DNA of 55,886 nucleotides from a virus (Duplodnaviria; Caudoviricetes): IMG/VR virus record IMGVR_UViG_3300011336_000523, positions 1 to 55,886 of that record; one strand, 5' to 3'. Shown piece by piece: positions 53,101 to 55,886 of this stretch (position 1 is its first letter; each line of letters starts with the position of its first letter). The notes under the pieces were generated by a model. It saw only the letters and a program-made list of their open reading frames with translations, ran no database searches and was not told where the DNA came from. The position numbers and the translations under genes were made by a program.

Positions 53101-53120
53101 AATATATTTTCTTCAGGCAT
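38121..53120 (-). CDS. Giant virion-packaged two-barrel RNA polymerase polyprotein (crAss/phi14:2 gp66-like) fused to zincin, cpYpsA/SLOG-like and Dda/RecD-like helicase domains
   Basis: GFRIPT...GSDYDVDKLF (DYDVD at 44064-44078), TDAQ, SAVKIG, VDNAKE; HELVH at 41319-41333; HSGGAKG...GGT...FAGIGT; GRGGTGKT, DEASM, GDxxQxPP, HKVQGSTY, YTAVSRP. Confidence 0.92.
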   Translation of the reverse strand: MPEENILPFGDVSFLKRKALANRNIQPDLSYLYAYSTKFDEFGKNDAFVTRETDQAENRAINQSFVDKVGNAAVQGLTTAGTSAVGGTVGLVDGITSFISGKDFFENDTFKILQEIDEASKEAFPLYKTRAEQQGSFTDQVLSDDFFLDSLFNGLGFIAGGWGSGALVGAGVRGLTNALGKGLRYAKLGQNSKVVELAAQAGIENPELFGTTLGKLAQKLPNMTAATSGRIYESALEANQVYDSLQEKIQNGELTEAEAKQIRNSVFGVNMLLAIPEYYQYTKFLDNFSNKRATLNAIKNVEGKFVQDKLTGKSAALTNLGQLGFQTGTEALEEGFQFVASKAGEEGNVNYGEAFADAALQSLSDPQFYASMVAGGLVGGVMGGVGTVVGESESTKRNKFTEQVVDLMNKHLPIEYTDKLNKAQTKFNNFYDLEQQKNKVLDAIEVEQDPAKVAVLKDAYRVLDHEQLTNFVQAASESGTYEERLEELELLTKESDENLKNLANIRANKVVDGREINPQQVLRERIQKVKEFKKTYDTVAETYPNIELAELNNKFKAQSLFEFADKKENLVDKEIQKEEARIFNSAGDNPVAKDRLEQLKTEKEYYAGLKKQAVIDFQNPVIVKKSNAPKPITPTKEKDVINGIFSKQKPATETSDKGIDRGDKQQGDTTIVDTEVSKEQQSTVLEKTYNSLNQEKEQILNTIPGSNKRNKKALLKKLKEIDNKLSELSPWMESIQKAKQTQDEFVEKNLNPDYEESIKAYEKEKESQPSNVDYIKKSVEKFKKGLKIKTDEELYSVYNELNQNYKDSLRALSQAKYDNLKGISSLSQEDIDEINEIIIANANKIEAVEEEVLARDLKKNKNIIVLEEVSESTKEKRYILKQKEIEESFKNNSVEEVSADGREFLIRGKKYTTLFAPLTAINRNNQGTIVSVTLRNEKNEPVTFTQDRIVDEIAFAILSTEVLKQNPVVTDSSKTQEIIDSKEDIEFTDEVLLEDLTEIQETLNILSEELKLEKKSLKKIGFETNEINEYIKTTVKGIQYKELKEIEAIIKQKIKNNKNLKINPSKKVTVKAKIEKNELTKTSRKSTSKTSKSTVRKVDEEKSGDTAKVPVSQVVDVKLIEPIVEPTAELDALETIPVAEAPVVKSTTEENKEETVGDQFEELFREFDDLPEETKKNFSNDVENTLDFDNDTPQQIESKVSALFNKYSFRVSEDVARLYTAVLKDVNKSLKKSSSERKPLTVKYFQDNIKNFNSSDPYSASLAYQVIKIYNSTFNFQTISAEDFNRSILSTVRSITDIEEENEKVVEAITDQLISGFAVSYKMVETSPVNNRQTLYKDGKVQFINNDEYDILHSNDIKVEDELEVVLANTPVGIPGTDEYLDSMDLKLQSKNKITGVLEDRGFVHKINYININNIAPSADLEVEKQKIRDIRNHFAALGAKPLTVKIKNVSRAKIEFNKDYFPIEADMLENIYTYINGKYQGVNGEFKGQLEVLPNEKNAGVNGRVYLLAPQATHKNEVSTISIPIGVTFGNFKIEEKENKEVIKEIRDNISNELLQFLTQGKISDDSWVDKFVYLTKDGKTTGKHIVNLSVKNGEPQIIHAGKVIKIDSTDTNETLLEKVEDLINNLSFNLNNKELRNESTLPNSEFTYQELIVKGQLLKTNIATKETKAYGRLYAFQPTFYFEVVNQEAVKKESSATGKIATAEEVKEIIENQNLESLKEDLKDLGINFDIDEEGSAEQSIDIESSSTILINPELALEEEAAIIDSLAYKLLSGNIKDVENNLIKAVERLKSATGLNPTQQEKANFLKNNILNVLEKFDEYSNRAVAVLTNLNFSKNKEGIFESFADTEDSAEQYVDEASSKENRLDSMYDEIRRMLSFIPDYNNNGTVKTNSIGMDVYVPIDFVFTQIVEELTTSVYTNTAASYKLMVDKLAESKSPYLNKVASILNNSPNKQLRRQFYQVFSAEKENPITVVATLAKQKYRVFKNESDNSTGANLIKGEFVQKMYNNPRLSTRQLINNQENNVINKSYIQSIIKSVENLLANTSYFEKNIITNEGLSELQSIFNALGMNINKIGLTQYLQKREGFTSATRNDNKFLKEVFLDLLLKKGFLTSSTLQDLFINEGTIFQNISKAILLTSSRAIAGTYRVSGVQYSSFTNSKPITEKLNWFKSKWSDLKNTLVYKNLRAQLQNIKVIVDRGFRFKNEAPKFFKDSNPIEFEIMRMLNSQIINKNGENIGLIKAETLSDKSTNLMFENITPNLENILLYNETEKKWGMSNVIKKNLYNYFNMEVAKIQQYQIRQKISEKLKLKNADSTETKKGAGEYFYYYEFLNAEILAENTDEDSVKILKALYDKKNNLYRLKSTLTLNDDVKNLIQKKILQRFNSIVLKTLNSWEDFGIISKKKDGTYYTNIMDEAYKENLIKKYGTDLDARTKHAVIDFVYKNMTVLIETNLILGDPAQQSKIPSTDKLLTKDQILQGILSTFDNLSKRNARLLAQGRRGFWKKSTYKVAIVNDMNVDASNIEQYEKEIQKFYKDLKNEKLTDAQEFTTVWEHLNDRYAHGEISTSDVLRGMMLYDPEHYQMLYNDPNSDLYLYFGKENETDEGVLPFENLTEEQIKNLDSKALLQPRKPVQVFSNLENGIIEEFYIKTSSVPLVPAVIKDGPMKKVRENMIAQNIDRLTFPSAVKIGNKQVTTLFDNNGNVNDEAFLSPITLERSGYHIQLNIPYDESKNTIRQVTQAMKLLFVNLANNTVLSSGRTVAEVKQDYIEAQKRLVEKSKAKLISELLEKTDMFPDAEGNYVIKNVEKLAQVLENESERRDFTENAKKMLKTDGKGNFLFPLIFNPNIGKIQPVLQALITNSVMRTKISGKSYVQVSEVLTYKSFGKNNNIKSEEALTEEERNSIIYTSAENKKGKLNYIKKGKGKDFSERAQVYVPFYFTHKGKKLKITDFIKDGYIDLEKLPKELLTSIGFRIPTEGRKSMMVFEVAGFLPESMGDTIIVPSELAIQMGSDYDVDKLFMYNYEASVVIEPPSAEEIALVSENLSQKLALSNPYNKPIIAKLQNNVQDIYNELNDEINPPNEERAIELSDDLNTLINEIFLLNMVADQKIQKQIADREELIKELRKSRKRFLVKRDSDVNKIVDIYQEVLLSADIFNSVVTPQGFDSLQNTITEFNSKYGNSLNKEWLGFYDPNYQRDTFFDNKAGKTGVGVGANANTFHAMAQEANLFIKGTGVMFKDEKGNYYTENVKENRINEYTNDLYPENQSTSTSAWRLDKIFGFDGGVISERISEWLAASVDNAKEKLLGLGGINNYNLGVGLTIIQTGFNHNWVINFINQPILKEYYKELDKLKSMFDTEYDYDKKEKKTMELLLKYVNKDSKKLLDLRKDGFTLEEYKSMLNKSFEELSDKQKEKQVAILLAFKHYEELTTSINSVQGAMIIDSKGLPKNYIETIQLVVKQSKLIEDAIGNVSKLKNTVVGEYIKIPKFAVNLYSNIYQYSKTAYSTIESLIAETLGKTDSLTDDDTNSIYNGLFSYVYSHPLIQERIADGKDINAYKADLWINLKNRFTELKEKYPNNNLLRRITINQDNLLTMGNSFVKTEVLENQITNAWLDLMKTNQKDLELRQFGLDLAAYSLYFNANLFGVSNFFKYIPFEYYQAINLSSILKSIETNLSSPTYFKEFEKQYFQHNPQLAKSITGIIKNASNKDVEKKYVAIPNTDTNVLTEIFINTDSEIAKRFVSKTDLNNNIQNYLRFVAIYNFNTSETDLYQLESTKNNKLHYKIIDRLGLESASIVEYKFEEKNKRSIIPNNKVPVQVSTVTQPIKSSSTPQSSLDIIEATFKDSQGKPITTVNELLEGVLLNSNEYYTALATYLKDKLNDYTIEYGALDKAFGEHNSLTKTIKYDLTRLERKYKNNKDLLLSHVLHELVHGVTASKLKDPEFQKTPEYEKLKKVYDKYLNSFTEEEKTNLEIFKKYRAKKISSLPKDIKDNYNIYYAADSILEFVTETLTSEIVQRRLASEGMSIKKIINDLLELIKKALNIEKGSLLDEAVDAIMQIADYNEPGVSDVITTTVNNPAEYTNHSGGAKGYDAEWDLIGAEFGMVNNKHYLLPSDGAVSDPRLQAKGVKPVDATNDVGPVALQGPATGEAQIAVTNAERAMGRIELNHTTRNTKKIRNYAQVKNADGIFAIGSLIPKGADITVARGQATKKALVPQVNGGTSVAVQLGITMGKPTYVFNQVANNVYSQGWYKWDSTKQDFVSIDTPTLTKNFAGIGTSSNTTEAGKQAIRDVYANTFKSTESGVSNIVTETSTKVITDVEKLAKLNKGRTVKIKYYKYKNSFDAIVTGKVQMVLGPTISINDITKEEKIIAPAVYQIEFKTNTGKLITADESDVTGLINTETGSESTEKSIETKSFFEFGTEYKFTLENGKPISAEYRQKGGEFKFMNPKNIQSKYDSLVSKDVEIKEKNTSTTSTTLEIPNKKYELFPGVYANEGQKEAIDKIEEFLNSNDDKFLLKGRGGTGKTTIIKKALGKLPKTSIIGATVSDEARQVLQENMSGYKTTTVAGLLGLVPDYDSKTGKIFFRERNQEEEAKFRGMGKSDPIENAEYIIIDEASMINDFLYNKILNKKLKSAKVIFMGDNVQIPPINESGQSKDSPIWSLDKNKNFAELNERMRQGAESPILPITDIYANNVENIQNNKPSVDNPLKERRNNFTSDGGVLYETDSKKLVDDYVFEITNNNNPKQAIIIGARNTVVDNFNSLVRQKLFNTTEPFVVGDFIRVNSPYVINGTVELPNGFKGKVKEITPVVVPDVNFTTYNLTIEYEYLNENNVKKTGVKKITTISPEEKDLFKNVLSKMAVKAKSFSKGTNEYKAAWSEFYTLKGKIVDIGYNYAITSHKVQGSTYNSVYVLENDIMTFPGGKEQVNRMMYTAVSRPRKKLVIYNPTQNVTEKSIDPSIFEFKTSVRDFMQNLTKEEREIFRELKEKEEFKTECK

Positions 53121-53123
53121 AAT

Positions 53124-55139
53124 TTATTCTGTTTCGCTTCCTATATTTGATACTTCTTTATTTTGTGCAGGGTCTTTAAAAGGATTAGTTTCTAAAACAT
53201 GCTGTTTTAAATCTGAGTAAAACATTGAAATAACATCACCATTAGGGTAAGTAATTTTTACTATTGGATTTACAGATTCTATATTTCCTTTTTTATCTGT
53301 AGTATAAGTACTATATTTTTCATTATTATAAACTGCATCTTTAGCTAAAGTAGTAACTTCTATTTGAACAGGTTCTCCATTCAGAGTAATGTTAGGTCCT
53401 ACAATTTTAGAGTTTTCAATTTTAGAGTTTTCTCCTTGCAAAATTGCTCTTTCAATATCAGTAAGTATGTTTGTATACGCTTGATATTTTTTACCAGCAC
53501 CTATTTTAATAACTGCAGGTTTATTATTTATTTTTAAATTAGCATTATAACTACCTTTAAAATCAGCAAAGTTATGATCGAAACCAGTAATTTCACCAGT
53601 TGCTAAATCTTCTGATGTTAATGCTTCATCTTCCATAGCTTGTCTACCAGAATCATAATGTTTCCATCCTAAACCTTTTTGATAAATATCTATAGGGTTA
53701 TTTAAAAAATATCCACCTCCAGTTCTTTCTTTATTACCTTTAGATTCAATTAAATTACCTAAAATCATGTCTGTATATTTTTTAGATTCTGCTCCTAAGT
53801 TTTCTTCAGTAAAAAACTTATTACTAATAGCTTTGCTAAATGAATTATAAATTGGGTTTATTCTTTTTAAATATGCTTCGTTTGTTTCTGCGCTCTTTTG
53901 AGGATATAACTCCATAACTTTAGACAACCCTTTATATTTAAATAATCCATCATCACCTCTAGCATTTGCTAATGCAGTCGGAGTAATATCTGTTTCTACA
54001 GAAGCTACAGCTATATCACCTCCAGGAGAAGTTACTATACTTCCAGAAAGTATTTCTTTTTCTTTAGGTAAATCTACATTTTTATAATCTGATTTACCTA
54101 CAGTATTTGTTACTTCTCTAGGATTAAATTCAGGTTTTTCTTTTTTACCAGCACTAGATGCCCCTGCATCAAATCCTATATCACTTTGGTTTTGAGTAAC
54201 ATCGTAACCATATTTCATCATTAATGCTGAATAAGCAGGAATTATTTCTGTATTATAAACATTCATTTTAGCATTGTCTATAATCTTTTTTTTCAGTTTA
54301 TCTTTTTGGTCTTGTGTAAGATTAGGGTCTTTATCTATTTGTAATAGTTGAGGATTTGTTTCTTCAACACCTCTACTATCCATATAAGCTCTATAATTAG
54401 GATCTGCTTTAAATAAATTTTCAGCTATACTACGAACTTCATTTTTATCTACTCCTTGCCATCCTCTACCTTCACTTTGTTTAAATATTAATTCTTGTTC
54501 ACCAGGTTTAGCTTTTCTTAATGTTCCATCTTTATTTAAAACACCTGCTCTATATACTGCACCTGAAGTATTATAACCATCAGCATGAATACCTGTTAAA
54601 AATTTATCAGCTACACCTGTTACATCATAATCTTTTTGTATGGGTGGAGGAGTAAAGTAATTACCTACTACTGCACCTGTTTCTTTATCATAATCTAAAC
54701 TATTTAAATTTGGAGTAACTACATTTTCCCAAATTTTCTTTTTTCTTTCAGAATTAATTCCTGAATCTGCATTTAAAGTTTTTTGAAAATCTTCGATTGT
54801 CTGTTTATTTTTAGAAAGTTTAGCTACATTAGTACTCAACATTCTTGCATCATCTAATGTTTGATGTAATAAATCTTCATAATTACCTGCTTTTTCTCTT
54901 TCTTTAAATTTTTCTTGACTAGCTTCATATACTTTTTGAGCAGTTTCTAAATTACTAGGATGAACATTTTGAATCATATCTAGCATTAATGCTTTAGATT
55001 TTGAATCAGTTTCTTTAGCAGCATCCCATCTTTCAATAAGAGCTTGACGCATTTCTTTTAATTCTGGAAAAGTCGAACCTACAAATTGATTAACGTATTT
55101 AGCATCTCTTAAAGTAGGGTATAATAAAGGACCTGGCAT
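53124..55139 (-). CDS. Ejected virion protein (671 aa, Cys-free)
   Basis: Directly upstream of the vRNAP as in crAss-like phages; no Cys seen. Confidence 0.75.
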   Translation of the reverse strand: MPGPLLYPTLRDAKYVNQFVGSTFPELKEMRQALIERWDAAKETDSKSKALMLDMIQNVHPSNLETAQKVYEASQEKFKEREKAGNYEDLLHQTLDDARMLSTNVAKLSKNKQTIEDFQKTLNADSGINSERKKKIWENVVTPNLNSLDYDKETGAVVGNYFTPPPIQKDYDVTGVADKFLTGIHADGYNTSGAVYRAGVLNKDGTLRKAKPGEQELIFKQSEGRGWQGVDKNEVRSIAENLFKADPNYRAYMDSRGVEETNPQLLQIDKDPNLTQDQKDKLKKKIIDNAKMNVYNTEIIPAYSALMMKYGYDVTQNQSDIGFDAGASSAGKKEKPEFNPREVTNTVGKSDYKNVDLPKEKEILSGSIVTSPGGDIAVASVETDITPTALANARGDDGLFKYKGLSKVMELYPQKSAETNEAYLKRINPIYNSFSKAISNKFFTEENLGAESKKYTDMILGNLIESKGNKERTGGGYFLNNPIDIYQKGLGWKHYDSGRQAMEDEALTSEDLATGEITGFDHNFADFKGSYNANLKINNKPAVIKIGAGKKYQAYTNILTDIERAILQGENSKIENSKIVGPNITLNGEPVQIEVTTLAKDAVYNNEKYSTYTTDKKGNIESVNPIVKITYPNGDVISMFYSDLKQHVLETNPFKDPAQNKEVSNIGSETE

Positions 55140-55176
55140 TATTATTATTTTTACTGTAAAAGTAAATAAAAATATT

Positions 55177-55210
55177 AAAACAAAAAACCCCTAATTTTAT
55201 TTAGGGGTTT
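55177..55210 (-). terminator. Intrinsic terminator
   Basis: AAACCCCTAA/TTAGGGGTTT stem followed by a T run on the - strand. Confidence 0.75.
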
Positions 55211-55263
55211 AATGAAAGGTTTAACCTTTAAATTATATAGTGTAGTAATTTTTGCAAAAATAA

Positions 55264-55886
55264 CTATTTTTTCTTTTTATTAAAGAGTTTAATAGAACTT
55301 TTAATTTTACCTCCGTACATTTTTGTAACATCAGGATCGCCAGCTTTTAAAATAGCTCTTTGTTCAGGTGTCAACTTAGTTGCATCTTGAGCTTGTTGTT
55401 CTAAAGCACCTAAATACAATAGTTTTCTACCATACACACCAGTGTCCATATCTTTTTCTAGCACTTTTAATTTACGACCTTCTAAATTAAATTGAGCTTT
55501 ATCTCTTCTTTGCGCTTGTTGAATATCAGAAAGATTACCATATATATTTGATTGACCTGTTATTTGAGCCATATCTCTATTATAGAATCTATCAGCATTT
55601 TCAACAGCAGTTCTAGCGTTTTGTGCAGCTATTGTATTGTTTAATATATTTTGCTGATTTTGTATATCTGTATTTTGTATAGTTTCGTCTAAATTAATTT
55701 TATTTTTAGCACTTAACATTTGTCCATACATATTAGCTCTAGCAGCTGCTGCTGTAGCAGAATTAGTTAAATCTCTACTTACTAATTGATTAGCTTCTCT
55801 TCTTTGTACATCAGCTTCATTTCTTAAAGCATCATAATTAACTTTATTTAAATTTACATTAGGATTTAATGCTTGTTGAGGTGGAG
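55264..55886 (-). CDS. Gln/Asn/Ala-rich virion/ejection protein, 5'-truncated by the window
   Basis: Frame open to the window edge (PPQQALNPNV...RANMYGQ...); C-terminal KMYGGKIK. Confidence 0.8.
   Translation of the reverse strand, partial: PPQQALNPNVNLNKVNYDALRNEADVQRREANQLVSRDLTNSATAAAARANMYGQMLSAKNKINLDETIQNTDIQNQQNILNNTIAAQNARTAVENADRFYNRDMAQITGQSNIYGNLSDIQQAQRRDKAQFNLEGRKLKVLEKDMDTGVYGRKLLYLGALEQQAQDATKLTPEQRAILKAGDPDVTKMYGGKIKSSIKLFNKKKK

Noticed and set aside
55157-55184. Promoter upstream of the 671-aa gene (TTTG-N16-TACTTTTA, - strand)
   Set aside because: The spacer is short and the -7 box has a mismatch in very AT-rich DNA; too weak to call.
1-55886. Alternative genetic code (TAG or TGA recoding, known in some crAss-like phages)
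   Set aside because: Very long ORFs are intact in the standard code. The two broken genes are explained by introns, and the TAG and TGA stops I checked fall at plausible gene ends.
1-55886. CRISPR array, tRNA or rRNA genes, integrase or transposase
   Set aside because: No regularly spaced repeats, cloverleaf-like sequences or recombinase motifs were seen by eye; a tRNAscan/Infernal run would be needed to exclude divergent RNAs.

Overview
AT-rich (roughly 25% GC by eye) segment of a crAss-like (Crassvirales-type) podophage that probably infects Bacteroidetes. The + arm (1-22.8 kb) carries replication and nucleotide genes: thyX, a family A DNA polymerase, SF2 helicase, DnaB, Sak4/AAA_24-like ATPase, SSB, primase, phosphoesterase and 5'-3' exonuclease. 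The polymerase and ATPase genes are each split by a group I intron with a LAGLIDADG endonuclease. The - arm (22.8-55.9 kb) carries tail, lysis and giant ejected virion proteins, including a 4999-aa virion RNA polymerase fused to zincin, SLOG and helicase domains. Three signals stand out. (i) The three consecutive ejected proteins (4999, 202 and 1684 aa) contain Cys only at facing termini (..ECK / MNC.. ..QCS / MGC..), suggesting a head-to-tail disulfide-linked chain. (ii) An 808-bp, direct-repeat-flanked GIY-YIG element appears to have split one of these genes while supplying its own pair of Cys tags, a possible intron-free and intein-free mode of silent insertion. (iii) Effector domains sit as in-frame cassettes bounded by DNA repeats. 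All family assignments come from motifs read by eye; no searches were run.
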